From IMG/VR virus record IMGVR_UViG_3300036851_000339, positions 6,483-70,482 of that record: DNA of 64,000 nucleotides; one strand, 5' to 3'. Position 1 is the first letter of the stretch. Each line of letters starts with the position of its first letter. This DNA is from a virus. The notes under the pieces are model-generated. The model saw nothing but the letters and a program-made list of their open reading frames with translations, searched no databases and was not told where the DNA came from. Of this stretch, positions 30,773 through 40,546 are shown in pieces. Both the position numbers and the translations under genes were made by a program.

Positions 30773-31585
30773 CTACTTCACTCCCAATTTTCTAGGATCT
30801 AAAAGCTCAGCAATCTCCGCCGACACTCTCAACTCTCTCTGAGCAACCGGATCATAAAAGAGATGGGCTCGGAGTGGAGCCGACTCAACATGATATGCCT
30901 TGCGAATTTCAAACTCCGCAAAACTCTCATCGTCATCTCTCTTCCAAGTCGAGACCTCAGCCTGGGCCTCTCCAATAGAGAGAGCCTTGATCTTGGCCTC
31001 ACCCTTCACCTCGTCGTAGATCTTGAAGCCCTTCTCATCGAACTGATACAGCCAGACACCTTCTTGAACTTCAGCTACTCTCGGAGCAGACTTAACCCAA
31101 CGAGTCCTGGCATAAAGGAGGATTCCATCTTCCTCATTCATCGCTAAAGCCTCATCAATTGCATTCTTGATAACCGGCAAAGCAGAACCATCATTAACCC
31201 TCTGTCCCGCCTGCTTAGCAATGAAGGTCAAGGAAGACCCCTTCTCAGGACCAAACGCTACTGAGCTGGCATAATAGTCCTTCAAGAAAGCCCCTTCTTT
31301 GTTCTCCTCAACATCAAAGGTTCTAGCGACCAGGGCCGCAATGACCTTGCCTCCAACGATCTTTCCAGTCCTGGGATCTTTTACGAGATCCTTGTAATAG
31401 ACCGGATCTCCCTGCCTTCTCCGATTTGGTCTCACCTTAATGGCATAGACTCCATCAGAGGGAGGAGCTGGAGCAGTCATCGCCTCTGGAGCAGCGTCCA
31501 TATTGATGTCTGGGACGTACTCATTGAGGGATGCCAGAAAGTCTGGATCGGTCATGTCTATGTCTACTGGGACATATTCTTCCAT
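30773..31585 (-). CDS. Putative ssDNA-binding protein
   Basis: APPSDGVYAIKV motif; follows the ATPase and exonuclease genes. Confidence 0.4.
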   Translation of the reverse strand: MEEYVPVDIDMTDPDFLASLNEYVPDINMDAAPEAMTAPAPPSDGVYAIKVRPNRRRQGDPVYYKDLVKDPRTGKIVGGKVIAALVARTFDVEENKEGAFLKDYYASSVAFGPEKGSSLTFIAKQAGQRVNDGSALPVIKNAIDEALAMNEEDGILLYARTRWVKSAPRVAEVQEGVWLYQFDEKGFKIYDEVKGEAKIKALSIGEAQAEVSTWKRDDDESFAEFEIRKAYHVESAPLRAHLFYDPVAQRELRVSAEIAELLDPRKLGVK

Positions 31586-31846
31586 TTATGCAACCTCCTG
31601 AGCCGCTTTGGCTCTTGCTTTGTCGCGAAGTTTGAATTCCTTGAGCAACTCATTGCCCAAAATAGTGCGTTTATAATTGCCATTCTCTTTCCGGAAGAGA
31701 CCCTTCCTCAAAAAGCCGTCCATTCTCTGCTCTGCTTGCCAGGTGAGAGTCTCTTTGGCTTTGACGGTTGACTTTAGAAGCATCTGGTATTGATCTTCTG
31801 AGAGTGCATATTTCACGCTCTTGAATGTGAGGACGTGTTTTTTCAT
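31586..31846 (-). CDS. Small basic protein, possibly winged helix
   Basis: KGLF.....YKRT.LG pattern. Confidence 0.45.
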   Translation of the reverse strand: MKKHVLTFKSVKYALSEDQYQMLLKSTVKAKETLTWQAEQRMDGFLRKGLFRKENGNYKRTILGNELLKEFKLRDKARAKAAQEVA

Positions 31847-31854
31847 AGCTGTTA

Positions 31855-32001
31855 TTATTTCTCCTTCTTATTTACTGTTATTAGCGTTTTGCAAACTGTA
31901 CATCTAACTCTAGTAGGGTCCTTTGTCTCATTGGCTACTCTGTTTTGCTCACCATGGATCTTGTCTTGCGCTTCGTGTTTACATATACACTTAACTACCA
32001 T
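31855..32001 (-). CDS. 48-aa zinc-finger protein (absent from the ORF track)
   Basis: MVVKCICKHEAQDKIHG...RCTVC; ATG overlaps the upstream stop. Confidence 0.6.
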   Translation of the reverse strand: MVVKCICKHEAQDKIHGEQNRVANETKDPTRVRCTVCKTLITVNKKEK

Positions 32002-33008
32002 CACTCACTCTCCCCTCCAGTCATACCCAGTTTTTCCTGTAAAGCCACCATCTCTCTCATTAGATAAAGCTGTTCATTCCCGAAAGTGGGTGTAAATGGT
32101 GAAAGTTCCAATGGGGTGACTAATTCTCCTGGCTTTGGCTCACTCAACTTCCAAGGCTCATCCAGATATTTATAGATCTCTTGTGGAGTGGCCTTTGGGA
32201 TAGCTGGAGGTATACGACGGATCTGAGTGAACTCTTTCTTCTCCCTATCCCACTTCTTCTGGGAGTATGCCTCCTTCATCACGATGGCCCTCGGATTAGG
32301 GAAGTGCTGCACTATTGGGTCCACCATGACAAGTGTGAGTTTGGAGAGTTCATGCCAAGTCGTGAGTTCAGTCGTTCGGAACTTATTAAAAGCAGGTTGA
32401 TTATTCGCCCATGCTGCTCGAAGTTGGAAGGTCACAATGAAGCATTTCACTTTACTCATCACAGTCTGATAGAGATTGTTGATGAGGTGTTTAGCTCCAC
32501 TCTGGGTGGCCCCAAACTTGTTCTCAGCCACATTCTGCGCCACCAGACCATACTTCCTCGCCACATCTGGGTTGTTCTGGATGAATCGCTTGGCCCCTTC
32601 GACCAATTCCTGGGCGTTGTCGATGGCAAATACAGTGAATCTATATTTCGGCATGGAGTTGGCTATCTGGAGGATTCGGTCGTAAACACTCTGGATGTCA
32701 TAGTCTGATCCATAAGCAGTTGCCAGCTCTTTCATCACCGGGAAGTATCCACCCACTTCGAGCTGTTTCGTCGCATCCTCTTCCTCTTTGCTCTCCAGAT
32801 CCACCATCACTAGATTAGCTGGATCATCGAACTTCTCCAGGAGAGAGCTCTTCCCTTTCCCTCGAAATCCCGTTATGAATGTTAGTCCTGAAAATTCTGG
32901 ATGGATAATGCTCTCCTGTTTTTCACCCGTCCAGATTGGGTCATGCAACTTTTGGATAATAGCATTCGGTCGAGGAATAGCAACACCTCTAGGCACTGGT
33001 TTGTTCAT
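32001..33008 (-). CDS. P-loop ATPase (AAA_24/Sak4-like recombinase)
   Basis: Walker A GFRGKGKSS; VDLE; Walker B AIDN. Confidence 0.7.
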   Translation of the reverse strand: MNKPVPRGVAIPRPNAIIQKLHDPIWTGEKQESIIHPEFSGLTFITGFRGKGKSSLLEKFDDPANLVMVDLESKEEEDATKQLEVGGYFPVMKELATAYGSDYDIQSVYDRILQIANSMPKYRFTVFAIDNAQELVEGAKRFIQNNPDVARKYGLVAQNVAENKFGATQSGAKHLINNLYQTVMSKVKCFIVTFQLRAAWANNQPAFNKFRTTELTTWHELSKLTLVMVDPIVQHFPNPRAIVMKEAYSQKKWDREKKEFTQIRRIPPAIPKATPQEIYKYLDEPWKLSEPKPGELVTPLELSPFTPTFGNEQLYLMREMVALQEKLGMTGGESE

Positions 33009-34302
33009 TTACACTTCCTTCCTGTTCTTGTCCAATTACTCGTATTACTTTAAAGTTCTCAATGTCGTGATTTGGCACACGCTCTGTTAATTTCCCCTGC
33101 TCCACAAGAGACTCGATTGTGTCATTGCCCCAGCAAATGGTGTGGAATTGGCAGATGTTGTTGTAGCGGTCCACGCATTGGGAGGGCTCGACTGGAATAG
33201 ACTCATCAAAAGCATCCTGCCAATCAATCTCTGGAAAGCGAACCTCCTCTAAATGCCTAAGAGAGTCTGCCCATCTCCATTCTTTAGCAGAGAATCCTCT
33301 AAGCCACATCATTGCGTCCCCCTGGATAAAAGGTTCATCTCTGAGAGGGATGATCGTATCTGAGAGGAAGTTCTCTGAGTGTTGAGGAATCTCATCCTTC
33401 AACCACTCAAGCCACTCCATGAAGTTCATCTCGTCCCAGATATCACACTTAGCCCAAGTCGTTCCTAGCTGGCGCTTTCTCATCTGTCCCCCATCCAAGT
33501 CGTACCATCCATATCTAGGACTGAAACTCTCTGGTTGGATGTCTCCTCCGATTGTCTTCTTTTGTTGATATGGGTGGATGAGCCCAGATCCGAACCTCTT
33601 GATATTCAAGTCTTTATCCCAATACTGCTCCCCTTTTAGGAAGTAGGTATAGAGTGTCCCTTCTGGAGCCTCACCGTACTTAGCCCAGATCGCATATGAC
33701 TCCATCCATCTTTGGATATCCGTCTTGAGCTTCACATTCATGATTTCTGGGAATGTTTGGGCCGTCTTATAAGAGCCATGCCAGAGTTTGCCCGTCGTGC
33801 GATGGCGGAAGGTGGTGTCTGGACGGCTCATCACAACCAGATATCTTCCGTCTCTCTCATCCAGGACCCAATTGATCTCTTCCTCTGCGTTCACTATCAC
33901 GAATTCATTCAACATCCTCTCCAACACTAGATGCTCAAAGACATAAGCGAAGGCTGTTACTATGTGAGTTGCGTCGTTTGTGAGAGCCTGGATTTGCTCT
34001 TCGACATAGAAGTCTGGGAAGGAGAGATTCTCATCGAGATAGTCTCCTGCGATCAGGAGTGATGTCTCAAATGGAACACCTTGAGTCCTCGCATCCAAGA
34101 ACTCATGAATCCCTCCTCCGGTTGTTAGGTGGATGGAGTGGCCAGAAGAGACATAGCCGAATCCTCCATATTCAGTTGTGTAGTAGCGGTCCCGAAGGCA
34201 GAGCTTTTCCGCATTCGATCTATCCAGGAAGACACACCTCTCAGGATCTACCTCGATTGGATCTGCTCCGATTCTGTAGAGTATGATTTTCTCGCTGTCC
34301 AT
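32989..34302 (-). CDS. PD-(D/E)XK / Cas4-like exonuclease
   Basis: N-terminal C.R.RYY; GGGIHE; EEE; SRPD; SYKT; C-terminal C......CQFHTIC. Confidence 0.7.
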   Translation of the reverse strand: MDSEKIILYRIGADPIEVDPERCVFLDRSNAEKLCLRDRYYTTEYGGFGYVSSGHSIHLTTGGGIHEFLDARTQGVPFETSLLIAGDYLDENLSFPDFYVEEQIQALTNDATHIVTAFAYVFEHLVLERMLNEFVIVNAEEEINWVLDERDGRYLVVMSRPDTTFRHRTTGKLWHGSYKTAQTFPEIMNVKLKTDIQRWMESYAIWAKYGEAPEGTLYTYFLKGEQYWDKDLNIKRFGSGLIHPYQQKKTIGGDIQPESFSPRYGWYDLDGGQMRKRQLGTTWAKCDIWDEMNFMEWLEWLKDEIPQHSENFLSDTIIPLRDEPFIQGDAMMWLRGFSAKEWRWADSLRHLEEVRFPEIDWQDAFDESIPVEPSQCVDRYNNICQFHTICWGNDTIESLVEQGKLTERVPNHDIENFKVIRVIGQEQEGSVNEQTSA

Positions 34303-34643
34303 CTTTATTCTCCTTTGTCTGCATCTCTATTGTATTGAGGGCTTTTGAATGGCTGGATAACATATTGTCTGTTCTATAAATGAAGCTATCTAGTCTTATG
34401 TTTATTTTTTTAAGTTCGGCCTCAATAATAGAAAGCATTTCAATTATCCTCATTCTCTCTACGTGCGCTTCATCTTCACTCATTTATCCTCCTATGAAGT
34501 AGCCACCTAGAAATAGTAACCCTAGTATGACAAAAATGAATCCAAGGAATAACAACGTTCCCGATATAACTCTTTCGTTTTTCACACATCTCCTTTATTG
34601 TTAGTCAAAAACATACCTTATTAGTAACCCAAAAGCTACTGCG

Positions 34644-34850
34644 CTAATAATTAACCGTATTAACCTCGGCATCCTCATCTAGCAACCTCACTGTTTTATT
34701 CGTGAAGCCATAAGTCTCAGCTTCGAAGAGTGGAAGGTCTTCAGCGTCCGCTTCTGCAAACTCAATGGCCTCAGTCTCGCTACTGGCACAGACACTAATT
34801 CTATATTTGAAGGTCCCTTCGAGGACCACTAGATAACGGCTATCGCTCAT
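34644..34850 (-). CDS. Hypothetical protein
   Basis: V.ASSETEAIE.A motif common in small phage proteins. Confidence 0.55.
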   Translation of the reverse strand: MSDSRYLVVLEGTFKYRISVCASSETEAIEFAEADAEDLPLFEAETYGFTNKTVRLLDEDAEVNTVNY

Positions 34851-35047
34851 ATTTGATTGAATCTCCTTTTATTCATAGCTATATCAACAATTGTTAGTTT
34901 ACGACTGGTTAAGTGATACACGTCTTGACACCTGCTACACTTATAGACAGTCAGTTTGTTACCATATTTGCGTGAGAGTTTCTTCGCTGTGATCTGGGCT
35001 GAGACTTTAGTTGGGAATCTCTTCTTCCGGCATCTCTTCTTCTTCAT
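34847..35047 (-). CDS. Small basic zinc-ribbon protein
   Basis: C.KKRF.T...A; YKCSRCQDVYHLTS. Confidence 0.65.
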   Translation of the reverse strand: MKKKRCRKKRFPTKVSAQITAKKLSRKYGNKLTVYKCSRCQDVYHLTSRKLTIVDIAMNKRRFNQI

Positions 35048-35354
35048 ACCCCCTCCCTCTTATCCTGGATAAGGGTGTTGGGGTGAAGTGGATGTCTCTT
35101 TCGATTGATAGACCCCAAGGGCCTTTGGCTGATTCGAGTTCTGACAGCAAGAAATAACCAAGCTCTTCCTCGAAGCCTTGGACGAGACCGAAGAATTTCC
35201 AGTCTCCGTTTTCTATCTCCTGTCCCTCTATGCAAAACCAAGTCCAGTTGCTGTCTGGGGTGAAGAACTTCACTACTGCCTTTGGATCGTCTATATTCTC
35301 TTGGGAGTAGAAAGGAGGGATTTTCTTCTTGAGTGCTTCTGTCAGGAGTTTCAT
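35007..35354 (-). CDS. DUF2958-like protein
   Basis: VVKFFTPDSNWTWF..E; FFGLV.GFEEELGYF.LSEL; IERDIHF. Confidence 0.8.
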   Translation of the reverse strand: MKLLTEALKKKIPPFYSQENIDDPKAVVKFFTPDSNWTWFCIEGQEIENGDWKFFGLVQGFEEELGYFLLSELESAKGPWGLSIERDIHFTPTPLSRIRGRGYEEEEMPEEEIPN

Positions 35355-35704
35355 CAGAAGTGCCTCCTTATGAGTTCAGCTATGTCGTTGAAGGTTGATC
35401 CTTCGTCGTTGCGGGTGGCGAGATCGCTGCATACTCCCTGATCTTCAATCTCATAAGCGCCATTAGTAGACCTTATTTTAGCCCATTCCCGAACCTGAGT
35501 TGGTAAGAATCCTCCTGCGCCTAAGAATATATAGTTCCCACCGCCATCAGATTCCCACTCAACTTCAGGATGTTTGCGCTTGTATTGCTCACACAAAACC
35601 CCAAGACAACAATAGCCATCTCCTTTTCTGAGGGCTCCTGTGGCCTGGGTATAATCCCCTGATTCAAGATCCTTGATCCACTCTTCCTTTATCTCTTGGT
35701 TCAT
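35354..35704 (-). CDS. Conserved phage protein, paralog 1 (CCLGVLC family)
   Basis: MNQEIKEEW..DLESGDY.Q; CCLGVLC; ND...F..IA..I. Confidence 0.7.
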   Translation of the reverse strand: MNQEIKEEWIKDLESGDYTQATGALRKGDGYCCLGVLCEQYKRKHPEVEWESDGGGNYIFLGAGGFLPTQVREWAKIRSTNGAYEIEDQGVCSDLATRNDEGSTFNDIAELIRRHF

Positions 35705-36060
35705 CAGAAGTTCTCCCTTATTATATTGGCTATCTCCAGAAAAGATTTGCCATTATCGTTATCAGCCATCAATGAACTACCTTCAACATAACTTCCATAA
35801 CGGCTATCCATGTCTGCCCATGTCACTACCTCATCAGGTAAGTGAGTTCTAGCTCTATCGGTTTCTGTACAAAGAGTGTAGTACCCTTGACTCCCTTCTA
35901 TAGGGGCTGTCCACTTTAGGCCCTTCTCCTTGATATATAAGTCACATAGGACTCCAAGACAGCAAAAGGTGTCATCGTAATTCTTTAAGGCCAACTTTCC
36001 TTGCCTGTACTCATCAGACTTAAGAGCTTCTATCCATTTTTGCTTGATTTCCTGATTCAT
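35704..36060 (-). CDS. Conserved phage protein, paralog 2 (CCLGVLC family)
   Basis: Same motifs as the adjacent gene. Confidence 0.7.
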   Translation of the reverse strand: MNQEIKQKWIEALKSDEYRQGKLALKNYDDTFCCLGVLCDLYIKEKGLKWTAPIEGSQGYYTLCTETDRARTHLPDEVVTWADMDSRYGSYVEGSSLMADNDNGKSFLEIANIIRENF

Positions 36061-36070
36061 GTTACTCCTT

Positions 36071-36102
36071 AAATGAAAATGGGCAGCAATAAGCCACCCA
36101 TT
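36071..36102 (-). terminator. Probable intrinsic terminator
   Basis: AATGGGTGGC-TTATT-GCTGCCCATT followed by TTCATTT on the - strand. Confidence 0.5.
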
Positions 36103-36230
36103 GTGTTACTTGTTTGTTACTTTATATTACTTTTTACTGTTTAATATATTAGCTATTCTCACAAGAGCGGCTTCTATAAACACTAAGATTGTAAAGATAA
36201 GTAAACCAATAATCCATAATGTAAGTACCA

Positions 36231-36554
36231 TCATGATGTAATCTCTCCTCTTATCCATCTCGCAATGGTCTTCTCCATCAACCTCAAAAGGTCATCAACC
36301 TCCTCAATACTAGACACAAGAAGATCCAGTCCCTTTCCTGGGAGTCTTTCTTCCTTTTGATTCATGGCATTGTAGAGGCTGAGCTTTATCTTGATGTTGA
36401 CATAGCCTGGATGGGAGCTAAAGCGCTCTGCTCGAAGGGCATCAGCAAATATTCCCCTCGATATGGTTCTCTCGATAGACCGTTTCTCTTTCTCTGTTTT
36501 GGCTTTCGCTAATTGCGAACTCGATTTGGAAGTCTTCTTCTTTTTGGGTCTCAT
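36231..36554 (-). CDS. Hypothetical basic protein
   Basis: Coupled ORF. Confidence 0.45.
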   Translation of the reverse strand: MRPKKKKTSKSSSQLAKAKTEKEKRSIERTISRGIFADALRAERFSSHPGYVNIKIKLSLYNAMNQKEERLPGKGLDLLVSSIEEVDDLLRLMEKTIARWIRGEITS

Positions 36555-36966
36555 TCATCCTCAATACCTCCTGTTTCACTTTCTCCCTCTCTATCCTCTC
36601 CTCCAGTCTCCTTCTGATTCTCAAGAGCATCTCGTATTCTCTGTCTGATTTCGGAAAGATAAGTCCCTTCTCCCTCGATTGAATCAAGGCCCTCAAAAGG
36701 AGTTGACATTCCTCCGTGTTGAATCTCGCCACTGTCTCTCTGACTTTCGTTAGTTGGGGATTTTTTCTTTTTTCTTTTTTCTTTCGCAAGTTGTTCCTCT
36801 CCTATATCCTTTAACTGTATGTATAGTTTAGAGCTTATTATTTCAGGATGCCATACAGTAAGTAATTGGGGGAGGTCCATTCTTCGGGTGTTGAGCTCGA
36901 ATGGGATTAACTCATCCGCCAACACTCTGAATTCAACATCTAGCTTAACAGTTACATACCTCCTCT

Positions 36967-37275
36967 TCATAGATTGAGCCTCTTTATCTCTGCCTTGTAT
37001 GACTTACGTAGATATCTAATATGGCAGCTTTTACAGTGGCTTGCGCCATTTTCAAAAGGTGTATCGCCACAGTTCAAGCAAACTCCCAATCGCAATCTCT
37101 CACGCCGCTTTCTTTTCTCTGCCTTTATTTCCTTCTTCGCAGATCTTCGGCGATACTCCAATTCGGCTTGGTGTCTTTCCTCCAGGGACATAGGCACGCG
37201 TTCCACGTGGTGGGGGCGCTTGCTTCTTGATATCACTTTTTGGAGGATCTTCTTTTTTGGTAGACTGTCTCCCAT
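36967..37275 (-). CDS. Basic protein with CxxC-CxxC zinc finger
   Basis: GVCLNCG...CKSCH. Confidence 0.55.
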   Translation of the reverse strand: MGDSLPKKKILQKVISRSKRPHHVERVPMSLEERHQAELEYRRRSAKKEIKAEKRKRRERLRLGVCLNCGDTPFENGASHCKSCHIRYLRKSYKAEIKRLNL

Positions 37276-37596
37276 ATTTCTTCCACTCCTTTACTCCCTG
37301 ATTATAGTCACTCTTCCAGATTAAATATTCGCACAGTTCCTCCGTAGAGAGTTTTAAGATCTCAGGAGGTAGATCGGGAAGAGGTCGAGAGTCCTCTATC
37401 GTTTTTACATATTTAGTAAGAGGGTGATCTTCCCTCTCCTGTCTTATTGAGGGAGTGATCCATTTCATATCGGGATGCTTTTTACGAATGTCCTTCCAGA
37501 CTTCTATCCCTGCGAGAAAGGTATCTCTGTAGTCCCCATATTCATTGAGTTTTAGAAGGATATGCTCTTCCAGTAATCGGCAGAGCTTTACTATCT

Positions 37597-38502
37597 CTAG
37601 TTTAAGCTGTTGTCTTTGAGTAAATGCCATGCTCCCTGGTAGCTCCACCAATCCATCACAGGAGAGATTTTACGATCCTTCCCCTGATTGTCGGTTGGAA
37701 GGTAGAAAGACTTTCGATCTTCCTTCCCGAATTTCTCTTTTAGGTCAATAGAAGGGATAATGAAGATCCTTCTTTCGTTTTCTCCAGCCTCCCTTATTTC
37801 TCCCGCTATGGCGATTATGAATTCATATTCATTGAGGATAGATTTTATAACTTGGATTCTGTTATAGGTTTTGTATCTTTCCCCATTACGTGTTGAGAGT
37901 GGTGAGAAAGTGGCCTTTTTAGATAGGTAGATCCTACAGGAGTGACCATTGATTATCGCCATGTTTTGGTAGCATCTATTCAGGTCTTTGCTTTGGACGA
38001 TCTCCATCGAAAGTCCCATTTCAGCGAGAGCATCTGATAGATAAGAGAGTTTCTCACTATCCTCAACAGATATGATGGCGTTCTCTCTCATTCTCTCACA
38101 AACAAAAGAGTGTCTGCGCTCGCGTCCAGTGACATTGAATCCGAAGTAAGTTGTGTATATCTGCTGGATTCTCTGCTTCGACACTCCGGCCAGATCCGCT
38201 ATCTCCATGATAGTCCTGCCCTGGTCCAACATCCCCTTCATCTCATCGTAGTCAAAAATGATCTTCCGTCGGTGGTCACTGCTTATGTTGTTATATTGAA
38301 GCCTAGCCTCCTCTATTGTCTGAGGAGGCTTGACTCTTTTCTTTCTTACTCTTAGCTCAAGCGAGAGGTTCTCTTCTGGAATCAGAAAAGTTCTACCTCT
38401 TTTTATAATGCCTTTTATACGGCCCTCTTTGATCCACTTCCTTATAGTGGCTACATGGAGGCCCTTCTCTTTCGCAAATTCCTGTATCGTGAATAATTTC
38501 AT
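37597..38502 (-). CDS. DNA-binding regulator with two HTH domains (HTH_17/excisionase-like plus sigma region 4-like)
   Basis: FTIQEFA...TIRKWIKEGRIKG; TIMEIADLAGVSKQRIQQI; AGGAG RBS before 38502. Confidence 0.75.
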   Translation of the reverse strand: MKLFTIQEFAKEKGLHVATIRKWIKEGRIKGIIKRGRTFLIPEENLSLELRVRKKRVKPPQTIEEARLQYNNISSDHRRKIIFDYDEMKGMLDQGRTIMEIADLAGVSKQRIQQIYTTYFGFNVTGRERRHSFVCERMRENAIISVEDSEKLSYLSDALAEMGLSMEIVQSKDLNRCYQNMAIINGHSCRIYLSKKATFSPLSTRNGERYKTYNRIQVIKSILNEYEFIIAIAGEIREAGENERRIFIIPSIDLKEKFGKEDRKSFYLPTDNQGKDRKISPVMDWWSYQGAWHLLKDNSLN

Positions 38503-38633
38503 GAGCGCTCCTAACGTCCTGTTTATGGCCGCTGTCAGCCTCATTATTAAAATAATAGCCTGTTACAGCAATGTCATATATGCATAATATAGTATAAGTT
38601 GAGCAATGGTAACAGGCTATTGTATGCAAACGC

Positions 38634-39539
38634 TCAAGCAGCCTTCTTTATTAGCTTCGCTGGGTGGGCTTTGACTGGGGTTACGATTTCGAGATGCGCC
38701 TTAGCAGGCGTTTTCACACTGTCTGGGAATGGGAAGAGCTCTTCCTTGGTGGGGACTAGCTTCGTTAGACCTATTCCAGAAAGATATGCATCGAGAGCTG
38801 CTTCTGTGAGTCCGTAGATCTCGCTATGAACCTGACTCCCTGTTACTACCACTCTCTCAATGAGATGGTCTCTTAAGGCGATGATCGAGGCTTCACCTTT
38901 TCTGTTCTTGTAGGCCATTCCAGTGTAGAGGACCTCAGCAAACCTGGGCAGTCTGTAGCGATTCTCCGTATACCAGACCCTTGCCATTGGAGCGAGAACG
39001 GGAGAGATGGTGATGTGCTTTCTCCTTGATGGGAAGTATGAGAGGACCTCTTTCACTGCCTCTTCATGTTTCTCATATGCCTCGACCACCTCTGGGACGG
39101 TTGCTTTGCCTCTTAAGCCATTCATCAGGGATCTCACCACCGCCACCTCGTTGAATCCCGCGTCCTTATAGCCGAGGAGTTTAAGAACATCAGATGCGTT
39201 TCTCGCCGCTCCAGTATCAACCACCATCCTCACTTGGGGATCGAGTCCTTTCACGACGAGCGTTTTGGTTGCTAGTCCAGTGCTGATGATGCTGGTTAGT
39301 CTGTGTTGGCCATCGACAAGATTATCATCCCAATCGAACGCCACAGCTTCATGTGTGATGAACCACTTCCCATTGGTTTTATCTCTCCCATATTTCTCAA
39401 CGAGGCGTGGTCTCAACTTACGATTGTGGGGATTGTTGTTCTCCATCCATTGCTGGGCCAACTCTGGGGTGATTTCTACGAATTCGGCTGAGAGGGCCTC
39501 CTTTGTGGGTTTTGACTGTTTATTGTTGTTTGGTTTCAT
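38634..39539 (-). CDS. ParB/Srx-like N-terminal domain protein
   Basis: ITPELAQQWM..N..NR; LVDGQHRL; DTGAARN. Confidence 0.75.
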   Translation of the reverse strand: MKPNNNKQSKPTKEALSAEFVEITPELAQQWMENNNPHNRKLRPRLVEKYGRDKTNGKWFITHEAVAFDWDDNLVDGQHRLTSIISTGLATKTLVVKGLDPQVRMVVDTGAARNASDVLKLLGYKDAGFNEVAVVRSLMNGLRGKATVPEVVEAYEKHEEAVKEVLSYFPSRRKHITISPVLAPMARVWYTENRYRLPRFAEVLYTGMAYKNRKGEASIIALRDHLIERVVVTGSQVHSEIYGLTEAALDAYLSGIGLTKLVPTKEELFPFPDSVKTPAKAHLEIVTPVKAHPAKLIKKAA

Positions 39540-39742
39540 GTTTCTTATTTCCTTTGTTAACTGTTGATTTATAAACTATGTAGATCTCTACCTAAATATG
39601 CGAAGTCTACATGTATCTATTAATACATGTAGACGTTCAACCATTTTAGCGACTAACTAAGAACCACATCTTTGGTAGTCATCACTACAATTTTGGATTT
39701 ATTGAGGTTCTCAGGGAGAAAGTTTCTCTCTGAGAATTCTTG

Positions 39743-40462
39743 TTATTCCTTGATTTTGTTGGGGTTGTGGGAGATTTTTGTCTTTTCGTTCTCCCTGAGA
39801 AATCTGCTGGCCGCTTCCACGAATGGGCCTATCATATCACATCCAGGATTAGCTTCAATAGCATAAAGCGCAGAAGCATCAAAAGATCCTGTTGATTCTT
39901 CTAGATTACTGATACATTTAATAAGGGTTACTGCATCAGTCTCTGGCCTCTTACGTTTCTTTTTCTTGGGAACTGATGGAACTACTGGAATGTCGGCAAA
40001 AACTCTCTCAATAGCCTCTCGGATCTTCTTAAGTGGCATCTCTTGCGGGAGATTAATTAGGTAGATAATCTTATTGTAAAGGAGGAAGTCATATTGGGCC
40101 TTTGTTTTATACTTTTGAGCTCTCTCAACAAGTATCTCACGAGCTACAATCCTAAAGGTTTGCATATCCTGCCATTCAAATGCTTTAGGTACTGACTTTT
40201 TCAGCCTGTTATATGCTCTATCTTCATCATCTTTGTTGATACTTGTCAGATTTTTGGCCATATACCGGATAGTTATAGGTACAAAACCATTGACATCCTC
40301 CCAGTTTACTGATACAAAGATGGCTAGAAATGGTTCGTGTAATCCTTCTGGAACTCCTAGCCTATTTAGGCACATATTCCAGATTTGGAGAGTTCTTCTT
40401 GAAGTCAATTGAGTTTCGTGGGCCAGCTTGAAGTTCGAATCGGAATAGGTATAATTACTCAC
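39743..40462 (-). CDS. Hypothetical protein, possible replication initiator
   Basis: 239 aa; winged-helix-like segment (ITIRYMAKNL); flanked by palindromes. Confidence 0.35.
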   Translation of the reverse strand: MSNYTYSDSNFKLAHETQLTSRRTLQIWNMCLNRLGVPEGLHEPFLAIFVSVNWEDVNGFVPITIRYMAKNLTSINKDDEDRAYNRLKKSVPKAFEWQDMQTFRIVAREILVERAQKYKTKAQYDFLLYNKIIYLINLPQEMPLKKIREAIERVFADIPVVPSVPKKKKRKRPETDAVTLIKCISNLEESTGSFDASALYAIEANPGCDMIGPFVEAASRFLRENEKTKISHNPNKIKE

Positions 40463-40546
40463 GGTATTAGCCTTTCAATTTGGGAATAGATATAGGGGGT
40501 ACACGACATACCCCCTTAACTTTTATCGCCGGCATTATATACCACT

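Noticed and set aside
37597-39539. Lysogeny or plasmid-prophage module (HTH plus ParB-like)
   Set aside because: No integrase, ParA or CI-type repressor is recognisable, so lifestyle cannot be called from these genes
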